DNA from: an uncultured Gammaproteobacteria bacterium
Lineage (GTDB): Bacteria; Pseudomonadota; Gammaproteobacteria; UBA9214
Length of the DNA stretch: 64,000 nt
NCBI GenBank assembly: GCA_963827755.1
Contig: CAWHCQ010000021.1
Location: 1 to 64,000, forward strand
Direction: 5' to 3'
The translations under genes were made by a program, and so were the position numbers. The stretch's first letter is position 1. Each line of letters starts with the position of its first letter. Of this stretch, positions 56,128 to 64,000 are shown piece by piece. The notes beneath the pieces were generated by a model. The model was given only the letters and a program-made list of their open reading frames with translations. It was not told the origin of the DNA and did not search any database.

Positions 56128-56866
56128 TTTTTCCCAATACAGCCATCATCGCCTCGTCACTGGCATTGCCGGCAACAAGCGGTGTCCTGGTAAAACCGAG
56201 CTGTTCCGCCAGTTCGAGCTGGCGCTGGCCGGGTACCACCAGCAGCTTTTCGCGCAAACCGGGCTGGCCCTGCGGGCCGGCCATGACGAACAGGTTCTGC
56301 AGTGTCTCGTTGCTCGCGGCCGTCACGATATCCACGGTTTGCAGCAAGGCAATTACTGCCTGGAAGTCAATGACAGGGCAGGTGCGGCTGTATACCTCTG
56401 CATAAACGACCTCGGCACCCCGCGCCGTCAGGCTGTCATAGAGTTTCGAGCGGCCGCCGTTACCACGGAATATGACAACTTTTTTCTCCTGCATATCCTG
56501 CAGGCCGGCAACGGCCAGCAGGCCTTCGCTGCTGTACTCATGTAGCGGCACATAGTCGACGGACAGGCCGTAGCCTTCAAGGGCATGTGTCGATGTGGGG
56601 CCGACCGTGGCGAGTTTCACCTGTGCCGGCCATTTGCGCCGCGCAAGAATGTACGGCACGCCTGCATGGACGGCATTGACGCTGACAAACACCGCCAGCT
56701 GGAAGGTATCCAGTTCAGCCAGCAGGGATTCCAGCGGGCCTGTATCTTCGGGTGGGTGAACCTCAATGGCGGGCAGGCGCACCGCTTCAGCGCCCGCCGC
56801 CTCGATCAATGCACACAGGCGGTCCGCCTGGCCGGCAGGACGGGTAACGAGGACACGCTTATTCAC
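56096..56866 (-). CDS. hemD: Uroporphyrinogen-III synthase
   Basis: VLVTRP, FVSVNAV, SEGLL and RGNGGR; follows hemC. Confidence 0.93.
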   Translation of the reverse strand: MNKRVLVTRPAGQADRLCALIEAAGAEAVRLPAIEVHPPEDTGPLESLLAELDTFQLAVFVSVNAVHAGVPYILARRKWPAQVKLATVGPTSTHALEGYGLSVDYVPLHEYSSEGLLAVAGLQDMQEKKVVIFRGNGGRSKLYDSLTARGAEVVYAEVYSRTCPVIDFQAVIALLQTVDIVTAASNETLQNLFVMAGPQGQPGLREKLLVVPGQRQLELAEQLGFTRTPLVAGNASDEAMMAVLGKIIPPDPVSGP

Positions 56867-57791
56867 TGCCCAGCAACGCCTCCAGTATCGGGCGGCCACC
56901 CCGTGCAAGCAGTTCTTCGGCAAGCTCCCGGCCCATGGATTCTGCATCTTCCGGTGGCCCGCTGATCGCGGCGCGGATGATTTCGCGCCCATCAGGCCAA
57001 CCCACCAGGCCGCGCAATCCGATCAGGCCGTCCTTCAGCTCGGAATAACCGGCAACCGGCGCCTGGCAACCACCCGCCAGCGCCGCATTCAGGGAACGCT
57101 CGGCGCGGGTACGCAGGCCGGTATCAGTGTGCGCCAGTGGCCCGATCAGCCCGGCAGCTTCATCGTCAGGAAGGCGGCATTCAATGCCGATGACGCCCTG
57201 GGCAATCGCCGGCAACATCTCGTCAGCCTCGATAGCACGGGTAATGCGTGCACCCATACCAAGCCGCTTCAGGCCTGCACACGCCAGCACGATGGCGTCG
57301 TAGTCCCCGCTGTCGAGCTTCGACAGGCGGGTACCGACGTTGCCACGCAGGTCCAGGATCCGCAGGTCCGGCCGGGCCGCGCGCAACTGGCACTGGCGGC
57401 GCAGGCTGGAAGTCCCGACAGTCGCACCCTGCGGCAGATCCCCGATTGAAGTAAATCGATTCGATACAAAAGCATCGCGCGGGTCTTCCCGCTGGAGGAT
57501 AGCGCCGATCCCCAGGCCCTGTGGCAGTTCGGCCGGCACGTCCTTCATGGAGTGCACGGCGATATCGGCGCGATCCTCCAGCAGCGCCTGTTCCAGCTCC
57601 TTGACGAACAGCCCCTTGCCGCCGATTTTTGCCAGCGGGCTGTCGAGCACCCGGTCGCCCTGAGTACTCATCGTGACGAGTTCGACCTGCAGTCCCGAAT
57701 GCGCTGCCTGCAAAAGTTCACGTACATGCTCCGCCTGCCACAGGGCCAGCGGGCTTTTTCGGGTCGCAATTCGCAACAGATCGGTTGACAT
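56859..57791 (-). CDS. hemC: Hydroxymethylbilane synthase
   Basis: [33 protein letters not shown] and GGCQAP. Confidence 0.97.
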   Translation of the reverse strand: MSTDLLRIATRKSPLALWQAEHVRELLQAAHSGLQVELVTMSTQGDRVLDSPLAKIGGKGLFVKELEQALLEDRADIAVHSMKDVPAELPQGLGIGAILQREDPRDAFVSNRFTSIGDLPQGATVGTSSLRRQCQLRAARPDLRILDLRGNVGTRLSKLDSGDYDAIVLACAGLKRLGMGARITRAIEADEMLPAIAQGVIGIECRLPDDEAAGLIGPLAHTDTGLRTRAERSLNAALAGGCQAPVAGYSELKDGLIGLRGLVGWPDGREIIRAAISGPPEDAESMGRELAEELLARGGRPILEALLGSE

Positions 57792-57823
57792 CGGCTTGTT
57801 TCTACCGGATTAATAAAGGTTCA

Positions 57824-58354
57824 ATGAAACGATTATACAAGCCTGTTGTTTTCGGATGTGCATTATTCTGCCTGGCCACGGCTGCACCGCAGGCCGAGGT
57901 TGCCGTGCCGATTGCACAAGACCTGCATACCGATGGCCGGCTTGCGCAGCAAAAGCAATTGCCGATCCTGCTCGCCTTCACGGCAAATTACTGTAGCTAC
58001 TGTGACTTGCTGGAAGAGGATTTCCTGCAGCCAATGCTGCTGGGTGATGAGTACAGGGACAAAATCATCATGCGCAAGCTGGTGCTCGACAATGGCTCGC
58101 GGGTGGTGGATTTTTCCGGTCAGCGGGCCGCTGCCACCCGGCTGTCCGACCGCTACCGGGTATATGTCACCCCGACAATACTGTTCGTCGACGGCAACGG
58201 GACGGAGCTTGCACAACGCATGGTGGGCATCAATACGCCGGAATTGTTCGGTGGCTACCTCGATGACTGTATCGACACAGCCTGGCTGATGATCAGGAAC
58301 CCTGCGGGGCTGGCAAGGCTGCCGGGCTGCCGGCTGAACCCGCCGGCCCGGTGA
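57824..58354 (+). CDS. Exported thioredoxin-fold protein (SoxW-like)
   Basis: Signal peptide, CSYC active site and VTPTILF cis-Pro loop. Confidence 0.82.
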   Translation: MKRLYKPVVFGCALFCLATAAPQAEVAVPIAQDLHTDGRLAQQKQLPILLAFTANYCSYCDLLEEDFLQPMLLGDEYRDKIIMRKLVLDNGSRVVDFSGQRAAATRLSDRYRVYVTPTILFVDGNGTELAQRMVGINTPELFGGYLDDCIDTAWLMIRNPAGLARLPGCRLNPPAR

Positions 58355-58471
58355 GCGGGCCTGCAGGTCTGTGGCCTGTTGAACGCCTTCAGCACGGCGA
58401 CCCGCAGAAAACGCACATGGATGGCGGATTGGTTATACTGCCCAGCGACAGACTTTCCGGTTAGTGCCAAC

Positions 58472-59872
58472 ATGACGGACGACAGCTTATCAGGCAAACC
58501 CTGGGGCGGACGGTTCACTGAATCGACCGACGCCTTCGTTGAAGCCTTTACCGCCTCGATCGGCTTTGATCACAGGCTCTATCATTATGACATCGAGGGT
58601 TCGATTGCCCATGCGCGCATGCTTGCCCACGTCGACATTATTACCGGGGCGGAATGTGAAAAAATTATCGACGGCCTGGAAAAAATTCGCGCAGATATCG
58701 AGCGTGATGATTTTGCCTGGTCGATAGAACTCGAAGACATTCACATGAATATCGAGGCGCGCCTGATTGAACGCATCGGCGAGACCGGCAAAAAGCTGCA
58801 TACCGGCCGGTCGCGCAACGACCAGGTCGCAACCGACCTGCGCCTTTACCTGCGCGATGAAATCGACAGGCTTTGCGGCGCATTGACACGCCTGCAATCC
58901 GCACTGGTCAATATCGCGGATCACGAAGTCGATACCATCATGCCCGGCTTTACCCACCTGCAGGTTGCCATGCCGGTCAGTTTCGGTCACCACATGCTTG
59001 CCTGGGAGGCCATGCTGGAACGTGACCATCAGCGCCTGCAGGACTGCCGGAAAAGGGTCAACATAATGCCGCTGGGCGCAGCGGCCCTGGCCGGCACCAG
59101 CTTTCCGATCGACCGCGAGTACAGCGCCCGCCTGCTGGGCTTTGATGCCCCGGCCGGCAACTCGCTGGATGCGGTCAGCGACCGGGATTTCGTCATTGAA
59201 TTCTGTGCGGCGGCGTCCATTATCATGATGCACCTGTCACGGTTCTCGGAGGAGCTGATTCTCTGGTCATCAGCACAGTTCAATTTTATTGAACTGCCTG
59301 ATCGCTTCTGTACCGGCTCCAGCATCATGCCGCAAAAGAAAAACCCGGATGTGCCTGAACTGGTGCGCGGCAAGAGCGGCCGGGTGACGGGTCACCTGCT
59401 CAGCCTGCTGATGTTGATGAAGAGCCAGCCACTGGCCTACAACAAGGACAACCAGGAAGACAAGGAACCGTTGTTCGACACGGTTGATACCCTGTCGGGG
59501 TCATTGCGGGTGTTTGCAGACATGATGCCGGCCATCGAGGTACATCGCCAGCAGATGGCAGCTGCCGCGCAACAGGGTTTTTCAACTGCCACGGATCTGG
59601 CAGACTACCTGGTACGCAAGGGCATCGCCTTCAGGGATGCACACGAGATCGTCGGCCGGGCCGTGCGCCTCGGGATCGACACTCAAAGGGACCTGGCGGA
59701 GATGTCCCTGGAGGAATTGCAGGGCTTCTCGGCAGTCATCAGCGGGGACGTGTTTGCCGTGTTAACGCTGCAGGGTTCCATGGCGGCGCGCAACCACCAG
59801 GGTGGAACCGCGCCCGGGCAGGTGCGCACAGCGGTCGCGGCCGCCCGGAAACGGCTGCAAGGACGGCAATAA
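58472..59872 (+). CDS. argH: Argininosuccinate lyase
   Basis: [20 protein letters not shown] and [12 protein letters not shown]. Confidence 0.97.
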   Translation: MTDDSLSGKPWGGRFTESTDAFVEAFTASIGFDHRLYHYDIEGSIAHARMLAHVDIITGAECEKIIDGLEKIRADIERDDFAWSIELEDIHMNIEARLIERIGETGKKLHTGRSRNDQVATDLRLYLRDEIDRLCGALTRLQSALVNIADHEVDTIMPGFTHLQVAMPVSFGHHMLAWEAMLERDHQRLQDCRKRVNIMPLGAAALAGTSFPIDREYSARLLGFDAPAGNSLDAVSDRDFVIEFCAAASIIMMHLSRFSEELILWSSAQFNFIELPDRFCTGSSIMPQKKNPDVPELVRGKSGRVTGHLLSLLMLMKSQPLAYNKDNQEDKEPLFDTVDTLSGSLRVFADMMPAIEVHRQQMAAAAQQGFSTATDLADYLVRKGIAFRDAHEIVGRAVRLGIDTQRDLAEMSLEELQGFSAVISGDVFAVLTLQGSMAARNHQGGTAPGQVRTAVAAARKRLQGRQ

Positions 59873-59955
59873 CCTCCCGATTCCAGGGGAAACAGGCATG
59901 GCTGCAGCTACAATCATTCTAAAGAGATGCGAGAACTTACCGCTATACAGGAATT

Positions 59956-60762
59956 ATGAAAGACTTGACATCAAATGAAGCATTGACCTTGCTGGATACC
60001 TGCCCGATGGCAATGCTGCTCATCGGCCAGGACAACATCATCCGTGGCTATAACCAGGCCTTCACGGCCCTCACCGGCATGATGACGGGTACCCTCGATA
60101 GCGCCATGCAACAGCAGCTGCTTGCACCCCTGCTTGGCGAGGGAACGGTTATCAACTGGGTCACACCGGACGGCGACGAGCACTGGCTGAGCCTTGAGAC
60201 CGTGACGCTTGGCAATACCGGCGTCAGCGCCCGTTTTTACCACGACATTACTGAAAATCTGCGGCTGAAAAAAGAACGTGACGCGCTTGCCGCCGAACTC
60301 AGCGAACAATCCCTCAATGACGGGCACTTGACCAGCCTGTTAAGCCGCCATGGAATACTGGTTTCCATGGGGCCGCTGGTCGCCCGCTCCCGGCGCTACA
60401 ACAGTCCCTTGTCCGTTATCGCCATGAGCGTCGATACTGCGCAGGAGCGTGACACGACACTTCACGGGCTGTCCCTGCTGCTGAAAGACCAGACCCGCTG
60501 GGCAGACCTTGTCGGCTGTAACAGCGAGGGTGATTTTATACTCGTCCTGCAGGAAGCCACCCGCGATTCCGCCTTGCAACTGGTGGAAAAACTCTCTGCC
60601 AGGCTGGAAACCATGAACGCTGACGCCAGCGACCCGGTCGTTGCCAGCTATGGCATTGCCGAGTGCGACAAGAGCGATGATGCCATCTCCCTGCTGGAGC
60701 GTGCCGAAGCTGCACTGACCGAGGCGCAAAACAGCGACAGCCATACCTCGATCGCCATGTAG
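59956..60762 (+). CDS. PAS-like plus degenerate GGDEF-domain protein
   Basis: LTSLLSR, RSRRYNSPLS, TRWADLVG, NSEGDF in place of GGDEF, ASYGIA and LLERAEAAL. Confidence 0.78.
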   Translation: MKDLTSNEALTLLDTCPMAMLLIGQDNIIRGYNQAFTALTGMMTGTLDSAMQQQLLAPLLGEGTVINWVTPDGDEHWLSLETVTLGNTGVSARFYHDITENLRLKKERDALAAELSEQSLNDGHLTSLLSRHGILVSMGPLVARSRRYNSPLSVIAMSVDTAQERDTTLHGLSLLLKDQTRWADLVGCNSEGDFILVLQEATRDSALQLVEKLSARLETMNADASDPVVASYGIAECDKSDDAISLLERAEAALTEAQNSDSHTSIAM

Positions 60763-60876
60763 GCAATCTATCCTGCTGAATTAAATAATATTTTATACCC
60801 GCCGGCCGGTCTGCAGGTCAGAGAAATCATTTTGTTAACCTTTTGCGCGAGAAATCACGGCATCTAAAAACCGGAA

Positions 60877-61557
60877 CTATCCGCCTGCCAGCACTTTAAC
60901 AATCCAGCTGCGAATATCTGCGATCTCATCGGTACAAACAGCATGCTGCATGGAATAGGTATGCCAATCGACCGCATAGCCCTGTTGCTGCAGTCTATCG
61001 CGCGAAAGCGACGCCAGCGCCAGCGGCACAACGGGGTCACTTGTTCCGTGCGCCATCATGATAGCTATGGAACGATTGGCCGGCGTTGCTTCCCGCTCCA
61101 GGGTATCGGCCAGCGGCAAATAGGCTGACAGGGCCATGATGCCCGCCAGCGGCTGCGGATAGCGCAGGCCGGTATGCAGCACAATGGCGCCGCCCTGGGA
61201 AAAACCGGCCAGCAGGATACGCCTGGAATCCATGCCGTTGGCGATTTCGCGCGCAATCAATGCGCGCAGCTGTCGCTCCGATGCGCGGATCCCCTCGCTG
61301 TCCTGCGCCTGTCCAAAATCGGCTGCCAGCAGGATGTCATACCAGGCCGGCATCATGGCGCCGTTGTTGACGGTCACCGCACGGTGCGGCGCATGGGGCA
61401 ACACCACGCGCACAGCATGCTCCTCGACAATCCCCAGCTGTGGAATCAGGGGCTCAAAATCATGGCCATCGGCACCCAGGCCATGCAGCCAGATAATGCA
61501 GGCTTGCGGTTTGCCGGGCGGGTTTATTTCGATTGCATCGAGCACTGTGCTGTCCAT
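60877..61557 (-). CDS. Carboxylesterase / phospholipase (alpha/beta hydrolase)
   Basis: WLHGLGADG, MPAWYD, GFSQGG, HGTSD and MQH. Confidence 0.93.
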   Translation of the reverse strand: MDSTVLDAIEINPPGKPQACIIWLHGLGADGHDFEPLIPQLGIVEEHAVRVVLPHAPHRAVTVNNGAMMPAWYDILLAADFGQAQDSEGIRASERQLRALIAREIANGMDSRRILLAGFSQGGAIVLHTGLRYPQPLAGIMALSAYLPLADTLEREATPANRSIAIMMAHGTSDPVVPLALASLSRDRLQQQGYAVDWHTYSMQHAVCTDEIADIRSWIVKVLAGG

Positions 61558-61660
61558 GCTGCCTAGTATGCCACCGAACCGGCGCCGATCCAGCAGCACG
61601 CCCGATGCTGGTGCAGACTGTGGGCTGACCGTATACTGGCGAACACACGGGACGAATGCC

Positions 61661-61792
61661 ATGAAGCACCGAATCACATCACCGCTGTTAGTGCTGCTCA
61701 TCACGCTTGCAGGCAGCTGCGCCCTGCTGGCTGGCTGCGGGCAAAAAGGTCCGCTGTATCTGCCGGAAGAAGCCGAGCAAACTGAAAACTGA
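61661..61792 (+). CDS. lptM: LptM/YifL-family small lipoprotein
   Basis: LAGCGQKGPLYLP immediately upstream of lysA-dapF. Confidence 0.88.
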   Translation: MKHRITSPLLVLLITLAGSCALLAGCGQKGPLYLPEEAEQTEN

Positions 61793-61822
61793 TTTGCGCC
61801 GAACGACCGGGACCGCTCTGTC

Positions 61823-63073
61823 ATGGACCACTTTAACTATCGGGACGGCCGCCTGCAGGCCGAGGGCGTGGATGTTGCTGCCATCGCCGCACAGCTGGGC
61901 ACCCCCTGCTACGTCTATTCTCGCGCTACGCTGGAGCGGCACTGGCGTGTCTTTGACGAAGCACTGGGCGCACACCCGCACCTTATCTGCTATGCCGTCA
62001 AGGCAAACTCCAGCCTTGCCGTGCTGCAGGTACTGGCGCAGCTCGGGTCCGGCTTCGATATCGTTTCACAAGGCGAGCTGGCGCGTGTCCTGCGTGCCGG
62101 CGGCGACCCGTCACGTATAGTCTTTTCCGGTGTCGGCAAACGCAGCGCCGAGATGCAGGCCGCCCTGCTTGCCGGCATCCGCTGCTTTAATGTGGAGTCG
62201 GAACCCGAGCTGCTGCGCCTTGACGAAGTGGCCGGCGAGTGCGGCAAGGTCGCACCGGTGTCGTTGCGGGTAAACCCGGATGTCGACGCCGGCACACACC
62301 CTTATATCTCGACCGGTCTGCGTGACAACAAGTTCGGCATCGATGTTGATACGGTACTCGATACCTACCGGCATGCGGCCGCGCTGCCCAATATTGATGT
62401 CACCGGTATCGATTGCCACATCGGCTCGCAACTCACCGAGATTACGCCGTTTGTCGATGCCCTTGAACGGGTGCTGCTGCTGGTTGACCGTTTGCAGGAA
62501 TACGGTATCACCCTGCGGCATATTGACCTCGGCGGGGGGCTCGGCATTCAGTACACGCAGACGGATACCCCGCCGCTGCCGGATGCCTACGCCCTCGAGC
62601 TGCTTGCCCACCTCGAGGGCCGCCCCCAGCAACTGCTGCTGGAACCGGGACGCGCCATTGCCGGCAATGCAGGCATCCTGCTGACACGGGTTGAATACCT
62701 GAAACACACGGCGCACAGGAATTTTGCCATCGTCGATGCCGCCATGAACGACCTGCAGCGACCGGCCCTGTACGATGCATGGCATGAAATCATTCCGGCA
62801 GAACCACGCAATTCCGACAGGACAAATTATGATGTTGTCGGGCCGGTGTGTGAAACCGGTGACTTTCTCGGCAGGGACCGTGAACTTGCACTTGAGCCGG
62901 GCGACCTGCTTGCGGTGCGCTCTGCCGGTGCCTACGGATTCACCATGAGTTCAAACTACAATTCACGCCCGCGCGCGGCAGAAGTCATGGTCGACGGTGA
63001 TCAACTGCATGTGATCCGCGAACGGGAATCGATCGAGGACCTGTACCGCGGTGAACGGCTATTGCCTGAATAG
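61823..63073 (+). CDS. lysA: Diaminopimelate decarboxylase
   Basis: YAVKAN, HIGSQ, EPGR, CETGD and SSNYN. Confidence 0.97.
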   Translation: MDHFNYRDGRLQAEGVDVAAIAAQLGTPCYVYSRATLERHWRVFDEALGAHPHLICYAVKANSSLAVLQVLAQLGSGFDIVSQGELARVLRAGGDPSRIVFSGVGKRSAEMQAALLAGIRCFNVESEPELLRLDEVAGECGKVAPVSLRVNPDVDAGTHPYISTGLRDNKFGIDVDTVLDTYRHAAALPNIDVTGIDCHIGSQLTEITPFVDALERVLLLVDRLQEYGITLRHIDLGGGLGIQYTQTDTPPLPDAYALELLAHLEGRPQQLLLEPGRAIAGNAGILLTRVEYLKHTAHRNFAIVDAAMNDLQRPALYDAWHEIIPAEPRNSDRTNYDVVGPVCETGDFLGRDRELALEPGDLLAVRSAGAYGFTMSSNYNSRPRAAEVMVDGDQLHVIRERESIEDLYRGERLLPE

Positions 63074-63096
63074 CCGGGACGGACCAGGCTGTAAAT

Positions 63097-63927
63097 ATGC
63101 AACTCGAATTCACAAAAATGCATGGCCTTGGCAATGACTTCGTGGTCATCGATGCCATCAACCAGTCCGTGTCGCTGACAGCGGAACAGGTCCGCCGGCT
63201 GGCAGACCGGCACTTCGGTATCGGCTGTGACCAGTTGCTGCTGGTTGAGCGGGCAACATCAGGCCAGGCAGACTTCCGCTACCGCATCTACAATGCCGAC
63301 GGCGGTGAAGTCGGGCAATGCGGCAACGGTGCCCGCTGCTTCATGCGTTTTGTCAACGAGCAGGGCCTGAGTGACAAAACCGAACTGACTGTGGAAACAG
63401 CCGGCGGACCACTGCGGCTGATTCGTGAGGAAGACGGCCAGATCACCGTCAATATGGGTATACCGCGACTGCAGCCCGATGAAATCCCCTTCGATGCCCC
63501 GGCCTGTGCAACACTCTACCCGTTGCGTGTGGAGGATCGTGAGCTGGAAATCGCCGCCCTTTCCATGGGCAATCCGCATGCTGTCATGCTGGTGGATGAG
63601 ATCGGACATGCGCCGCTTGCGCAGCTCGGTCCCGCCATAGAAAGCCACCCGCGTTTCCCGCAGCGCGTCAATGCCGGCTTCATGCAGATCGTGAATCGCG
63701 AATCCATTCATGTGCGCGTCTATGAACGCGGCGCCGGGGAGACGCTCGCCTGCGGCAGCGGCGCCTGTGCAGCCGTGGTGGCAGGACGCTTGTGGGGGCG
63801 CCTCGACAGCCGTGTAAAAGTATTCCTGAACGGTGGAGAACTTATGGTAAGCTGGCAAGGTGAAGGCGAGCCAGTGATGATGACCGGGCCGGCAACCACA
63901 GTCTACCAGGGACATATCGAGCTATGA
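63097..63927 (+). CDS. dapF: Diaminopimelate epimerase
   Basis: [20 protein letters not shown] and [13 protein letters not shown]. Confidence 0.97.
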   Translation: MQLEFTKMHGLGNDFVVIDAINQSVSLTAEQVRRLADRHFGIGCDQLLLVERATSGQADFRYRIYNADGGEVGQCGNGARCFMRFVNEQGLSDKTELTVETAGGPLRLIREEDGQITVNMGIPRLQPDEIPFDAPACATLYPLRVEDRELEIAALSMGNPHAVMLVDEIGHAPLAQLGPAIESHPRFPQRVNAGFMQIVNRESIHVRVYERGAGETLACGSGACAAVVAGRLWGRLDSRVKVFLNGGELMVSWQGEGEPVMMTGPATTVYQGHIEL

Positions 63928-64000
63928 CCACATCTCAGCAGACCCAGTCGGAAGCACTGCCTTTGGAAGAGAAAACCATTGCCGATTACCTGCGCAACAA
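63924..64000 (+). CDS. DUF484 family protein (5' part, truncated by the window edge)
   Basis: ATG overlaps the dapF stop; IADYLRN; usual dapF-DUF484-xerC order. Confidence 0.65.
   Translation, partial: MTTSQQTQSEALPLEEKTIADYLRN

Overview
This is chromosomal DNA of a GC-rich gammaproteobacterium, possibly a sulfur oxidiser (a rhodanese-DsrE2 pair and a SoxW-like thioredoxin are present). About 19-45.6 kb and 49.4-64 kb are conserved housekeeping blocks: tatABC-his, dtd-pip, trkAH-ntrXY-rsmB-fmt-def, dprA-smg-topA-tsaC-hemF, hemB-aroE, prlC-xth, hemCD-argH and lptM-lysA-dapF. About 2.7-19 kb and 45.7-49.3 kb are accessory. I saw no rRNA, tRNA, CRISPR array, transposase or integrase. Best leads: (1) two exact sigma-28 (FliA) promoters, TAAA-N15-GCCGATAA, one driving an unannotated ~140-nt structured RNA with an exposed anti-Shine-Dalgarno motif and a terminator, the other driving a small secreted six-cysteine protein; weaker matches precede two c-di-GMP genes. 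(2) A GH13_18 phosphorylase next to a sucrose-phosphate-phosphatase-like gene, a possible synthase-independent route to sucrose. (3) A 2-hydroxyacid dehydrogenase with a signal peptide. (4) Sequences missed or fragmented by the ORF track: a SecA-like pseudogene, a CxxCxxCC frame and a cupin remnant. (5) An AT-rich hemG followed by an attC-like hairpin. Eight frameshifts in six genes are each repaired by deleting one base, which suggests sequencing or consensus error. All calls come from reading motifs by eye; no database searches were run.
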